In this document: piece after piece, positions 14,123-28,516 of the stretch
Numbering within the stretch: the first letter of the stretch is position 1
Layout: the number at the start of each line of letters is the position of its first letter
Assembly: GCF_006345805.1 (NCBI RefSeq)
Contig: NC_043007.1
Coordinates: 18,166,001-18,230,000 of the forward strand
Direction of reading: 5' to 3'
DNA: 64,000 bases
Source: Octopus sinensis
Lineage: Eukaryota
The notes under the pieces: generated by a model
The model's input: the letters and a program-made list of their open reading frames with translations, nothing else
Told to the model about the DNA's origin: nothing
The model's database searches: none
Made by a program: the position numbers and the translations under genes

Positions 14123-14738
14123 TGTACACACATACACACACACGCATATATATAGCCAGCGACAAAATACATTTCGTGATAATCGCATATATAAACACAT
14201 CTAGTCATTCAACGATATTGATGTCTCGTCACACAACTGTTGTTTCACCTTTCTGATGAGTGGCTAAAACCGTTTGACAGTGATTGATGTGTTGTTCGTA
14301 TAAATGTAGCAGTTGAGTTGGGTTAATGTTGATATTTGGGATTTGGTGCTGTTTTTGCGCTGGTGGCAGTGTTTAGCCCAAGGTTTGCACTGATCCAGTG
14401 GACTTGTAATCAAAGACGTTACCTCGTAGTAGTTGATGATGATGCTGGCGATAAAGTGATTGACGTGGGTGTTGTAGTTAGACCCAGGTCACGACCTACG
14501 GTTCACGGCATTCCAGCTGTGACTGTCCCATTTTTATGTCCCATTCAGTAGGCAGGTGGGCACTCTTCTGCGGTTTCGTTGGTGATGTCGCTGATTCTTG
14601 TAATGTTATTGCTGCTGTGGCTGATGTTGTTGACATTAACCAGTGATGCATTCCTACTCTAACCAACCGGTCTTTTTTAGAGGCATCTGGGACGGGAATT
14701 AGTAAATGTATGTCTTCTCCCCTTTAAAAAAAAAGATA

Positions 14739-14976
14739 GGCGCAGGAGTGGTTGTGTGGTAAGTAGCTTGCTTACCAACCACATGGTTCTGGGTTCTTTC
14801 CCACTGCATGACACCTTGGACAAGTGTCTTCTACTATAGCCTCAGGCCGACCAAAGCCTTGTGAGTGGATTTCGTAGAATGAAACTGAAAGAAGCCCGTC
14901 GTATATATGTGTATATATATATACATGTATGTATGTATGTATGTATGTATGTATGATGTATGTATGTATGTATGTA

Positions 14977-15013
<37 letters not shown>

Positions 15014-15155
15014 ACAAAGGGTAAAATTAATTAATTAAGAAGTAATCAATAATTTCACCAAGTAGAATTCGGCATGAAAAAAGACCATTTCACGGTAAGC
15101 TTAAGTAATACTTTATAATTAGGGTTCAGCAAATCTTTACTGAACCCTTTATAAA

Positions 15156-15223
<68 letters not shown>

Positions 15224-15485
15224 AATATATACGGGCTTCTTTCATACATATATATAAGTATGTGTGTGTGTGTGTATGTCATTGTGTGTCTGTGTTTGAT
15301 CCCCCAGCATCGCTTGACAACCGATGCTTGTTTACGTCTCCGTAACTTAGCGGATCGACAAAAGAGACCGATAGTATAAGTACTAGGCTTACAAAGAATA
15401 AGGCCTGGTGTCGATTTGCTCGACTAAAAGGCGGTGCTCCAGCATGGCCGCAGTCAAATGACTGAAACCAGTAAAAGAGAGAGTA
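14739..15485 (+). mobile_element. SINE family A with expanded microsatellite containing an AT-rich insert (15015-15160)
   Basis: Head at 14739, 3' half from about 15285; the insert is bounded by (TA)n on both sides. Confidence 0.85.
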
Positions 15486-15997
15486 TGATTTGAGGGTGAT
15501 TTGGATCCTATTTCAGAAGCTCGGACGACAGAGCATCAGTTTCGAATCTGGAATCCACAAAACTATTTATTATTGTTGACCTTTTGGCTGTGTTCAAAAT
15601 TTTAAAAGGCTGCAGTATTATGATCGTCATTCATTATTATCAATTTATATCCACTTTTCCATGCTTTCCTGCATCAGATGGAATATAGCGAAGCCGATTT
15701 TCTTCAGCGACATGCCCTTCCCGTCGGCAACCCTCGCCTGTTTCGAAACAGCTATATTTCCTCATGGCTAGATATGGTTTTCCCGAAAGACGATGATGCT
15801 TATTTATATCACATGATGTCTGGACAAGGGCACACACACACACATGAAATGGGCTTCCTCACAGTTTCCATCTACCAAATCCATTTAAAAGACCCAAGAC
15901 TACGTAGTTAATTATACCAAACTATAATTATTCAGTTCCGCATGTCTAAAGCATTGGAGCTGAGGAAACGAATTTCTTGTCAACATAATCAGCTTAT

Positions 15998-16612
15998 AAG
16001 GCGGTGAGCTGGTAGAATTGTCAGAACTACAGGCAAAATGCTTAGCGGCGTTTCGTCCGTCTTAACGTTCTGAGTTAAATTCCGCCGAGGTTGACTTTAC
16101 CTTTCACTCTTTCGAGATCGATAAAATAAGAACCAATTGAGCAGGGTCGATGCAATCAACTATCCCCCAATCCCCCAAAATTTCAATTCTTGTGCCTATA
16201 GTAGAGAGGAATATAATCAGTTTATAAAAGTTGCGAGCTGGCAGAATCGTTAGCATGCCGGGCGAAATGCTTAGCGGTATTTCGTCTGCCGCTATGTTCT
16301 GAGTTCAAATACCGCCGAGGTCGACTTTGCCTTTCATCCTTTCGGGGTCGATAAATTAAGTACCAGTTTACACACTGGGGTCGATGTAATCGGCTTAATC
16401 CGTTTGTCTGTCCTTGTTTGTCCCCTCTGTGTTTAGCTCCTTGTGTGTAGTAAAGAAATAGGTATTTCGTCCGTCTTTATGTTCTGAGTTCAAATTCCGC
16501 CGTGGTCGACTTTTCTGGGATGATAAAATAAGAACTAGTTGGGTACTGGGATTGGTGTAATCGACTTACCACCTCCCCTGAAATTGCTGGCCTTGTGCCA
16601 AAATTTGAAACC
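15998..16612 (+). mobile_element. Cluster of SINE family B copies (tRNA head aggcggcgagctggcagaa, central gcctttcatcctttcggggtcgataaa domain)
   Basis: Copies at about 15998-16215, 16227-16460 and a partial at 16461-16612. From memory, the central domain resembles that of Sauria/Meta-type SINEs. Confidence 0.85.
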
Positions 16613-16933
16613 ACTTATAACCCACTTCGTATTTAGTTAGGAGGTGTCCAGTGCAAAAAATCATTATTTAAATAAAAGGATCCTTGGTAGTAACACAAAG
16701 GCTGTCATTGTTGCTGTTGGTGACGATAGTGGTAATTGTTGTGTGTACTTTGTTGTTGGGTCGGGGCGGCTCGCCCTGAGCGACTTTTTACAGGAGCAGC
16801 ACTTTAGAGTTAAACCCCTCACCACCACCGATGAGAGGTAAGGCGGAAAACACAATGGCTGTGGCGAGCAGTACACACTCTCGCCACGCTGTGCTGTTGG
16901 TGCTGGAGATGGTGACGATTAATCTCAAATTTG

Positions 16934-17212
16934 AAAGGCGGCGAGCTGGCAGAACCGTTAGCACGCCGGGCGAAATACGTACCCGTATTTTGTCTGCCGC
17001 TACGTTCTGAGTTCAAATTCCGCCGAGGTCGACTTTGCCTTTCATCCTTTCGGGGTCGATAAATTAAGCACCAGTTACGCACTGGGGTCGATGTAATCGA
17101 CTTAATACCTATGTCTGTCCTTGTTTGTCCCCTCTATGTTTAGCCCCTAATCCCTTTGTCTGTCCTTGTTTGTCCCCTCTATGTTTAGCCCCTTGTGGGC
17201 AATAAAGAAACA
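16934..17212 (+). mobile_element. SINE family B, full length with duplicated tail segment
   Basis: 17-bp TSD gattaatctcaaatttg at 16917-16933 and 17213-17229. Confidence 0.92.
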
Positions 17213-18599
17213 GATTAATCTCAAATTTGGTGTTGTATATAAGGATTAATGCGAGTTTATGCTTGTCGTGATGATTTACGCATATGTTGTTATAGATGAC
17301 ACTGGCTGAGATATCTAATGCGTGTTGTTGACGTTGTTGTCTGCGGTGATGTTTGATTTATGGTTGTTCCTGTTGATTGATGACTACGTTGATTGGTGTT
17401 GGTGTTGGTGATTGACGCGTGTATTATTTTGATGGTGATAATGGTGGTGGTGGGCTATTTGATATATTGTAGTCAGCGGTGGCGATGGGATGAATGCACG
17501 TCTTGTTGATGGTGGTGGTGGTAGTAATGATTTATATGTTATTTTCTTGCTGGTAAATGATGACTGATGTATTTTTGGTGGTTATGATTGACGTATTAGC
17601 GTTGCTGACGATGGTGATTGATATACATGATGTTGATGTTAGTGGTAATGGTACAGGTGAATGATGTGAATGTTGATGCTGATGCCCGTAGTTGTGACGG
17701 TAGTGATTACGATGACTGATGTGTCCGATGTTAGTGATGGTGGTAGTGGTCACAGTGGTTGACATGTGTTGCTGTTGTTGTTGGTGGTGGTGAGTTATGG
17801 TGGTAGCGAGTGATGTGTTGCTGCTGTTGTTTTCTTTTTGTTGTTGTTGTTAGTAACTCCAAATCACCTTTGATCCAGCAGACTTTGCTAAAAGATATTC
17901 CTTTTATGACCATTCCATCTTTTTTTTTTCTTTCTCTGCATACAGCCTATTCATAACTATGTTATCCAGTCTATCCTTCTTTTATAAGACTGAAGGGCAA
18001 AGGTCAGCAACATGTTGGCCATTGCCCCCAAATAGGCCACTGAGGTTCTCTCTGTAGACCTTGAACTTGTTACCAGTAACATAGCTAGAGGTCCGTGGTT
18101 GGGGCCGTCTGCATTGGACAATATTTTTATGGGGGTGGCACTTTTAGAGTTTGCTGAATAAGACTGAAAAAGTGAACACAAGGGCTGCCCCAACTGGCAC
18201 ATATTCAGGCTCCTCCTTTTTTAGAAAATTTTTAAAATCTAGTGTATTTGCAGGCCAATATTTTTATATCTGAGAGGCACAAGGCCTAAAATTTGGCAGG
18301 AAGAGCTTATGGATTACATCAGCTCAGTGTATAACTGGTACTTATTTCATCAATCCTGAAAAGATGACAGAATTTGAACTCAGATCATAAAGACAAACAA
18401 AATGTTTCCCAACCACAAGGTTTTAGCTTCAGTCCTACTGTATGGTACCTTGGGATAGTGTCTTCTGTAGCCTTGGGCCAACCAAAGCCTTGTGAATGAT
18501 TTGGTAGACAGAAACTGAAAGAAGCCCATCGTGCGTGTGTGTGTGTGTATGCCTGACATGAGTCCCAAGCTCAGCTGGCTCCAGCTGATAGTACCCGGT

Positions 18600-18936
18600 A
18601 TGGGCCCCTACCCAAGGTTACAGACCGGGCATTGTGAGTGTTATTGAGCGTAAACACCTAAAGCTTCACGAGGCTCCGGCAGGGGATGGTGGTGATCCCT
18701 GCTGTATTCTTTCACCACAACTTTCTCTCACTCTTACTTCCTGTTTTTGTTGTACCTGTATTTCAAAGGGCCGGCCTTGTCACTCTGTGTCACGCTGAAT
18801 ATCCCCAAGAACTACGTTAAGGGTACACGTGTCTGTGGAGTGCTCAGCCACTTACACATTAATTTCACGAGCAGGCTGTTCCGTTGATCAGATCAACCGG
18901 AACCCTCGTCGTCGTAACCGACGGAGTGCTTCCATC
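18600..18936 (+). mobile_element. SINE family C variant (body and tail)
   Basis: Shares its 5' body with 40377-40672 and its 3' tail with 40757-41063. Confidence 0.65.
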
Positions 18937-20447
18937 ATGTGTGGCTATTCTTCTGTGTAGTACTGGGAAATTTTTCAGCCAATACCCTTGTACCCCATCT
19001 GGTCCTGGGCATTTCCAGTTTGGAATCTTTGTTGTCTGTTTGGTTATCATATCAGTTGTTATCCTAATATTGCTCTATTTCACTTCATATTTTTCAGACC
19101 TTAATTCCTTCAACCATTCAGCATCTTTGTTATGTTTTCTTCCATTATCCCAGATGTTTCTCCAAAAACCTTTTACTTCTTTCAGCATCTGGTCTCTCGC
19201 TGCTGTTAATCTTTCCATTCAGCTGCTGATAAAACCTTTTTTTGGTCTTGTTGGAACAATCTGTTGATTTTATATTGTTCAATTCTTTGGTCATATCTCT
19301 TGATCTTTGTCACTTTTGCCTGCAATCTTTGTTTCAGCTCCTCAAGAACTACATTTAGCCCCTTTTTCTTTATCCTATATCTAGTTCCTGATATTTCTCC
19401 TCCCTCTTGATTTCCCTTTTTTCTTTCTTTCCAAGATATTGATATGTTTTCATAGTTCATTCATTGACTGTTTCACTCTTCTTTTCCACCATGGTTCTCT
19501 TTCTTCATTCCCACATTTACAATTTGGTTTGAGGTCCACTTTATTTCCTATATAGATGATGCAGGCTTTAATCAACCTATTCATTCCAGTTATATTATTT
19601 TTCTTTTCTTTCAGTATTTTATTCACCTTAAGTGTCCACCTGCTGAGCAAATTTCTATCTACTTTCCTGGAACCATTTATTTCCATATCCAGGTTTTCCT
19701 CAATGATACTTGTAATGTCTGTGATCATTCCTTTGCCTTCATTATTCAGTCCTTCTCTATACTCAAAGCTTGAGACATTATACTTCTCCCAGTTGCTCTC
19801 ATAAAGTGCAGCTTCATCAGCATCCTCTGTATCTACTTCTGTATTGCTTCCCATGTTTTGGTTATCATCCTCCTCCTAACCTCATTGAGCTCTAGTACTG
19901 CGAGCCATTCTTTCTTCCTTATTGCTCTTACCTGGTCACAGAGTCTCTGCTCTGTAATATCTGAGCCCTACTTCTCCCCATGTTATGCATCCTTTTTCTA
20001 TACTCCCTAATGGGTTTCCCTCCATTATCAGTGGGTCTGCTCAAAAAATAACATTCTATGATTGCTAAATTCATCATCCTAGTCCATTTAGTTCTAGCAG
20101 CTGTATAATGATGACCTGGCCTCTGCTGCTCACCCACAGAACACCTGCTGGGCAAAAGTCCATCAGAATCTGTAGTTCCGTCCTCATTGTTTGTATTAAT
20201 TCTATTATTCATTACTCTCATGCAGAGTAAAGTATTGATAAGGTGTCACAACCACCAGTATTTTTATTGAGACACCATTTCTATCGGGGTTTGTCTAAAA
20301 AGACTCAAAGCGGCCCTTCTCTCCTTAGAAGTTTAAGTGAGCTATCCTGCACTGGACACTAAACCCAGTCAGTATTCAGCGCTCTGCAGCTGGTGACTGG
20401 TGAATGAGTTATTTGGATGGCCGTTGACTCTTCAGAGCTCATCTGTC
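18937..20447 (-). mobile_element. Dong/R4-clade LINE, 5' portion up to start of RT, decayed
   Basis: [70 protein letters not shown] and IPNWKCPGPDGVQGYWLK are typical R4/Dong blocks. Confidence 0.85.
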
Positions 20448-20739
20448 TTTAGCCCTTTAGTGTTCAGATTACTCTGTTAAATGTAATACTTTTTCACTCA
20501 AATTGTTTTGAATTAATCATGGATTATCTTACAGCTTTGAGGTTTCAATGACGTGATTGTTTATTTTTAGAATGTCAATGTAGGTTAGATGTGAGAGGCT
20601 AGATATTCCCAGTTTGAATATAACGAAAAGCACCCTCATCACAAAGCAAGCTCTGTGGGGTGGCCGGTTTAGTCACCAACAGCTAGAAAAAAAAGGAGGG
20701 GTTGGGGTGGAGGAAAAGGGGGTAGTTTATTAAAGTAAT

Positions 20740-21166
20740 AGGCGCAGGAGTGGCTGTGTGGTAAGTAGCTTGCTAACCAACCACATGGTTCCGGGTTCAG
20801 TCCCACTGCGTGGCACCTTGGGCAAGTGTCTTCTGCTATAGCCCCGGGCCGACCAATGCCTTGTGAGTGGATTTGGTAGACGGAAACTGAAAGAAGCCTG
20901 TTGTATATATGTATATATATATATATATATGTGTGTGTATGTGTGTTTGTGAGTGTGTGTTTGTCCCCCTAGCATTGCTTGACAACCGATGCTGGTGTGT
21001 TTATGTCCCCGTCACTTAGTGGTTTGGCAAAAGAGACCGATAGAATAAGTACTGGGCTTACAAAGAATAAGTCCCGGGGTCGATTTGCTCAACTAAAGGT
21101 GGTGCTCCAGCATGGCCACAGTCAAATGACTGAAACAAGTAAAAGAGTAAAAGAGAGAGAGAGAGA
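20740..21166 (+). mobile_element. SINE family A nested in a family 2 piggyBac MITE (20450-21210)
   Basis: Full-length copy; MITE halves lie at 20450-20622 and 21167-21210. Confidence 0.88.
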
Positions 21167-22073
21167 GAATATTTGAGCCAGATGTGGCCAGTTTAAACAC
21201 TAAAGGGTTAGACAGGTCTTGTACTTCATCTTGCAGGGTGACCAAATAACAAAAAGCACCCTTCTCACAAAGCAAGCTCTGTGGGGTGGCCGGTTTAGTC
21301 ACCAACAGCTAGAAAAAAAAGGAGGGGTTGGGGTGGGGGGAAAGGGGGTAGTTTACTAAAGTTAATTATTATTGTTATGTTACATGGATGTTCAGTATTT
21401 GCCTTACAAGTTTGGTTAGGTTGCTGGTAATAAGCATATGGGGTGGGGGAAGGAAAGTTTGGGGTAAGGTAGTCTAAGTCTGATTGGTTAGATACACAGG
21501 GTTGAATTGGCCTGGTGGGGGAGGGGCTCGGAGGAAGAAGTGAAACTGTCTGGGTCAAGTAATCTTCACTAATATTGAAGAAAGTGAAAGAGAGAGAGAG
21601 ACAGAGAAAGAGAGACAGACAGACAGAGACAGACAGACAGAGACAGAGAGGAAATACATGTGCTTTTAACAATGGGTTCAGCATGGAAGCAGCCTGTATG
21701 TTTCAGAGCTGATTTCCTATGACTATGTATGAATGAATTAAAGTTTACATTTTAGAAATTTAAGATTTAAGCAAAGGAAGGGGGAAAAAAAAGCGTTTTA
21801 ACTTAATCTAAATCTAACGAAAAACTAGCTTACTGTTTGAATGGGTCTGTGACTGTGAGATTTCGGTTGAGGACTTTTATGATGTCAACAAGTAATCTTC
21901 ACAAGTACTTAAGAAAGTGATAGAGGGGGAGAGAGAGAGGTGGGGTAAAAAGACAGAGGGGCAGAGAAAGAGAGAAAGGAAATACATATGCTTTTAACAA
22001 TAGACTCAACATAGTAGCAGTCTTGGCATTTTAAAGAGCTGTTTCCATATGACTGTGTATTATTATTATTATT

Positions 22074-22626
22074 GAGTGAGAGAGCAGTTCATGCCATCAA
22101 AGTGACACTGGGGTAAAATATACGAAGCCCAATATACCCGTCATGACTACCCGGCTGATAAAGGTACACCAGGCACATGCATCACAACCATATGTGCGCG
22201 ACATGGTGATCTCATATCAAGATAAAACAGCACATGACCTTACAGGTGGGGCCAGTTAGAATTTTCTTCAGGTTGAGTAGCCCATCCCGCTCAAACGGTC
22301 CCTGAATAAGGGTTGTTTAAGGATGTTGAAAAAAACACCCATGTTTCCATAGGTGAATTATTCAAACCCCAAGAAAACCCTCTCAACACATGACTATGAT
22401 GCTCCCCCACTACTTCTGCTCGTGATCAGAGATGCACATATCGTCAGCACTAAGGGACATGCTCAACTGGTTAAGGTCAAGCAACTGACAAACAAATCTG
22501 TGGTATTGAGCAGAATATTTGCTGTAGCCCATCTTTTATACCAAGACAAAACAATGTACATGATAACACTTCCAATCAGTTAAGATCAGAAGCCATGAGA
22601 GCCACTGCCTGGTACTGCATCAGGGC

Positions 22627-22627
<1 letters not shown>
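22074..22627. mobile_element. ~555-bp non-coding element flanked by (ATT)n, copy 1
   Basis: Collinear with 22667-23216; internal fragment at 53541-53707. Confidence 0.8.
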
Positions 22628-22666
<39 letters not shown>

Positions 22667-23216
22667 GAGTGAGTGAGAAAGCAGTACGTGCCATCAAAGT
22701 GACACTGGGGTAAAATATACGAAGCCCAGTGTACTCATCTTGACTAATCCGTCTGATAAGGGTATACCAGGCACATGCATCACAACCATATGTACACAAC
22801 ATGGTGACCTTATATCAAGAAATACAGCACATGACCTTGCAGGTGGGGCCTAGCTACGATTTTTTTTCGGGTCGAGTAACCCATCCTGTCCAAAAGGTCC
22901 CTGAATAAGGTTATTTAAGGATGATGAATGAAACACCCAAGTTTCCAGAGGTGAATTATTCAAACCCCAAAGAATCCCTCTCAACACACGGCTATGATGC
23001 TCCCCCACTACTTCCGATCGTGATCAGAGATGCACATATCGTCAGCCACTAAGGGATATGCTCAACTGGCTAAGGTCAAACAAATGACAAGCAAATTTGT
23101 GGTATTGAGCAGAATATTTGTGGTTGTCCATCTTTTATATTAAGACAAAACAATGTACATGATAACATTTCCAATCAGAAGCCACGAGAGCCACTGTCTG
23201 GTACTGCATCAGGGCA
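22667..23216. mobile_element. ~550-bp non-coding element flanked by (ATT)n, copy 2
   Basis: Same ends as copy 1 (gagtgag...catcagggca), with many substitutions. Confidence 0.8.
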
Positions 23217-23338
23217 TTATTGTTGTTGTTGTTGTTGTTAAGGAGGTAAGCTGGCAGAATTGTTAGCATGCCAGGCAAAATGCTTAGTGGCATTTTGTTC
23301 ATCTTAATGTTCTGAGTTCAAATTCTGCTGAGGTTGAC

Positions 23339-23720
23339 GTTATCAAAGAAGCTTGAGAGGCGGTTGGATGGAACCTACACTCGCCTCCTTATGAGAGCTC
23401 AAAATCTCTCGTGGAAGCGTCATCCAACCAAAATGCAAATATATGGGAAACTACCACCTGTGTCATCTCTTGTGAAAGGTAGGAGAGTCCAGTTTGCTGG
23501 ACATTGTTGTAGAGCTGAAAACGAGGCAATTTCTACCCTTCTCCTCTGGAAGCCATCTACTCGCAACACCAGAGGGCGCACACTCTCCTACCCTGATGTA
23601 ATCTCCAGGGATACAGGCATCCAACAAAAGGACCTCCGTAATGCTATGATGGACCGTGAAGTCTGGTGTAACATAGCAAATTCCATTGTCTCGACCACAG
23701 ACGAACAATGATGATGATGA
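23339..23720 (+). mobile_element. RTE-clade LINE 3' fragment nested in a family B SINE (23240-23850)
   Basis: RLDGTYTRLLMRAQNLSWKRH..RRVQFAGHCCR..AMMDREVW; (TGA)n tail; 10-bp TSD tgaggttgac at 23329-23338 and 23721-23730. Confidence 0.9.
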
Positions 23721-24004
23721 TGAGGTTGACTTTGCCTTTCGTCCTTTCGGGGTTGATGAAATGAGTACCTGTTGAACACTGGGCTCATGTAACTGGCTAT
23801 CCCCAATTCCCCCAAATTTCAGGCCTTGTGCCTATAGTAGAAAGTATTATTATAGTTGTTGTCATCATCATCATAATCATCATCATCATCGTCGTCATCA
23901 TCGTCGTTGTCATCATTGTCCTTTTTGCAATTGTTATTCCTGTTGATGTCTTTCTTCTACTCAGTGTTCTGAGCACAGGGTGAAACAAAATAGTTTTTAA
24001 AAAA

Positions 24005-24395
24005 AGTAGCTTGTTTACCAACCACATGGTTCCGGGTTCAGTCCCACTGTGTGGCACCTTGGGCAAGTGTCTTCTACTATAGCCTTGGGCTGACCAGAGC
24101 CTTGTGAGTGGATTTCGTAGATGGAAACTGAAAGAAGCCCGTCGTATATATGTATATATATATATATATGCGTGTGTGTGTTTGTGTGTCTGTGTTTGTC
24201 CCCCTAGCATTACTTGACAACCGATGCTGGTGTGTTTATGTCCCCGTTACCTAGCGGTTCGGCAAAAGAGATCGATAGAATAAGTACTGGGCTTACAAAA
24301 GAATAAATCCCGGGGGTCGAGTCGCTCGATTAAAGGCGGTGCCTCCAGCATGGCCGCAGTCAAATGACTGAAACAAGTAAAAGAGTAAAAGAGTA
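24005..24395 (+). mobile_element. SINE family A (slightly 5'-truncated)
   Basis: Sequence match to other copies. Confidence 0.9.
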
Positions 24396-24694
24396 AACAA
24401 TACATGTGACTGCTGTCTTATTCTTGTGTTGAAATTAAACCGATTTGAAGTTGACAGGAAGTGGATCCAGATCAGAGGTAATAAAGGTCAGCGAGAGAAG
24501 AAATATTTAACATAGATATAGAATAGATTAAAGCTATCTTTGGAAAATTGTTGGAAGTGTTGTAGTTATTGTTCTGAGGTCAGAATTCAAATTTGTTTCC
24601 TCCTACTAACAAAAAGGAAAGAAAAAAAATAATTCAGTGCTGCTAGAATTAGATGTGGACATATTTTCATTCTTGTCTTCTCATACGTATCTGT

Positions 24695-25400
<706 letters not shown>

Positions 25401-25451
25401 CATGCACACATTAACATAGGGTAACGGATGTAAAATGATTATGAGGACGAT

Positions 25452-25640
25452 CACACACACACACACATACACACACATGCATGCATAGACTGACACACAC
25501 ACATACACACACATGCATGCATAGACTGACACACACACATACACACACATGCATGCATAGACTGACACACACACATACACACACATGCATGCATAGACTG
25601 ACACACACACATACACACATATGCATGCATAGACTCGCTC
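25452..25640. repeat. 36-bp minisatellite, about 5 units
   Basis: Unit cacacacacatacacacacatgcatgcatagactga. Confidence 0.92.
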
Positions 25641-26059
25641 ACACCCACACACCTCACAAATGACTATTTCATTTACATTCTTCATCGCTTCCACTTTCCA
25701 AATTTCCTCTTCTATATGTGAACCTTCTCGTACTATTCTCACAGAACCTCACTACTTGCTTGTTGCATTTTTTTTTTATTTCTTTTTACTGGCAAAAATC
25801 TCTCCTCTCCCTGTCTCCTCTCCTTATCACCACACTCACATCCAACTCTCACCACCACCACCACCACCACCAGTACCACACATTCATCAATATCTGCCAC
25901 CCACACAAACTGAACACCATACATCCCACTCAAACAACTCCAGAATCTGTTCAGTTTGGTTTACAGATATTTTAATTAATTTCTTTTAACTAAACAGTTT
26001 GAAATTTTGTATACTGGTGGAATGTCTCATGTAGAACACGGTTTACTCTCTCTTTCTTT

Positions 26060-26272
26060 TTACTGTTTTACTTGTTTCAGTCATTTGACTGCGGCCATGC
26101 TGGAAACACCGCCTATAGTCGAGCAAATCTACCCCAGGACTTATTCTTTGTAAGCCCAGTACTTATTCTATCGATCTCTTTTGCTGAACCGCTAAGTGAC
26201 AGGGACGTAAACACACCAGCATCGGTTGTCAAGCAATGCTAGGGGGACAAACACAGACACACAAACACACAT

Positions 26273-26304
<32 letters not shown>

Positions 26305-26470
26305 ATATATACGACAGGCTTCTTTCAGTTTCCATCTACGAAATCCACTCACAAGGCATTGGTCAGCCCGGGGTTATAGCAGAAGACACTTGCCCAAGAT
26401 GCCACGCAGTTGGACTGAACCCGGAACCATGTGGTTGGTTAGCAAGCTACTTACCACACAGCCACTCCTA
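26060..26470 (-). mobile_element. SINE family A
   Basis: Full-length reverse copy. Confidence 0.9.
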
Positions 26471-28114
26471 TTTTGACAAAATTTGGTATTTTAGAAGTTA
26501 TTTCATGTTAAGATTGTTAGATCCCAAACACCAATCACACGATTCTCCCCATCATCTCAAAAACACTTCCAATTCTATTCTTTCCCAGTTGCCACATACC
26601 TAAAGAGGGACCACTTGCCTTGGTTTTGGAGAAGGACAAACCTCTCTAAAATATCATTATTGCTTTTTTTTTTCTGCTACAGTAGTGTATTTTCATTTGA
26701 GTGTTATGTAAATGCGTGGTAAAAAGTCTAATGCTCAACTATGTTTACTTATACACATCAGCAAATATCAGATGAATAATTCTTTAGACAGGGAGCTGTG
26801 GGTCACAAGTTTCTTCATTTCCCCTCACTGGTTACGTATTTAGTGTGAAACTAGGTTGGCAGGTTCATTTGGCAGGGTTCCACACAGTTTCTATTTAACC
26901 AGTTTTGCTCCCAATGCTTTGGCCACCTGACAGATTAACTATTAAGTCACTCACAGATGTGTTCCATCCTCTGAAGCCCAGGCATTCTGTGTTCCCCTTT
27001 CTCTGCCATTTTTACTTTTACTATATGGCTTCTGCTCCTTGCAGCTAGCTGAGCTTACCTCACCTCCTCTCAAACATTCCCATCACACTGAGCAAAATGC
27101 TTTACATTCTGAGTTCAAATTCTCCCTAGGTTGATTTTGCCTTTCATCCTTTGAGGGTCGATAAAATAAGCACCATTTGAATGTGTAACCAGAACAGTTG
27201 ATCATACAACTGGAATGATCTTCCTACAAACAGATGAACATCCATTTCCTTTAGTTTTTGCTTACTTATACACATCAGTAAATGAGCCAATGAGGTAGTC
27301 CCTGTGTGGTTGTTCAATTTGCTAAAAATAACAGCCAAATCTCCCTCACATAATGCTCTAACATTTTAAAAATGAAGGACACATTAAATAATGTTGTCCT
27401 AGATTTTCAATAAAAATACAGAATGGCTCATTCTGGCCTGACCTGGGTTTTAAACTGACAGGCATTCATTGCAGCAAATGTAAACATAGAAAAACTTCAT
27501 GAAATATATGTAAAATATGTATGAAAAATATATGAAAAATTTGTAAAATAAAAATGACTGCAATAAAATTGTAATTGATAAATATAAATTTTTATTAAAG
27601 CAAAACATGCAGGTGAAGCGAGTCTTGTGGTGTGAAGAATCAACACAACACAATGTGCAGTTGTCATGGTAACAAGCTGTTAATGCCTCATTGTCTGTTG
27701 ATTGGCTAAAATTACCCACAATTTTCCCAACTTTAATTCCAAATAACATCAGATTTTTTAATTCACGAGATAAAGTAATTAGTTGTGCATAATCAAAATT
27801 CAGAACAGTATCGATACACCAAAATTGAAGACAATCGGAGCAAAATTAAAAAGGGGGCTGATTTTGCAAAGGAAATTAACTAGATCCCAAAATGCTGTTA
27901 AGCACTTTGCCCAATGTGTTAAGGGGTCTGCTAGATCACTGCCTTAATGATAATAATAATAATTTATTTTTGTCATAAAGGCCCATACATTCATATAACA
28001 TGCAACAAAAAATTTATTGTTCACATGAAGTGTGGAGGTGTACACACATATATAATGAGAGGTGGGATATTGGGACATTAAATGTTTAAATAAAAATACA
28101 AATTAGTACAGGAA

Positions 28115-28453
28115 GGCGCATGGCTCAGTGGTTAGAGCGTTGAGCTTACGATTGTGAGGTTGTGAGCTCGAATCCCGGACCAGGCTGCGTGTTGTGTTCT
28201 TGAGCAAGGCACTTTATTTCACGTTGCTCCAGTTCACTCAGCTGTAGAAATGAGTTGCGACGTCTCTGGTGCCAAGCTGTATCGACCTTTGTCTTTCCCT
28301 TGGATAACACTGGTGGTGTGGAGAGGGGAGGCTGGTATGCATGGGCGACTGCTGGTCTTCCATAAACAACCTTGCCCGGACTTGTGTCTAGGAGGGTAAC
28401 TTTCTAGGTGCAATCCCATGGTCACTCATGACCGAAGGAGGTCTTTAATTTAA
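28115..28453 (+). mobile_element. tRNA-derived SINE family C (gtgttcttgagcaaggcactt central domain)
   Basis: A box tggctcagtgg, B box gctcgaatcc; TSD agtacaggaa at 28105-28114 and 28454-28463. Confidence 0.88.
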
Positions 28454-28516
28454 AGTACAGGAAAGTGATACTTCTAGAAGTACCCATGAGAATGTTTAAT
28501 ATTAGATGGTATAAGA

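Noticed and set aside
20740-20815. tRNA-like heads with A/B boxes as tRNA genes
   Set aside because: They continue into SINE bodies and do not form complete cloverleaves.
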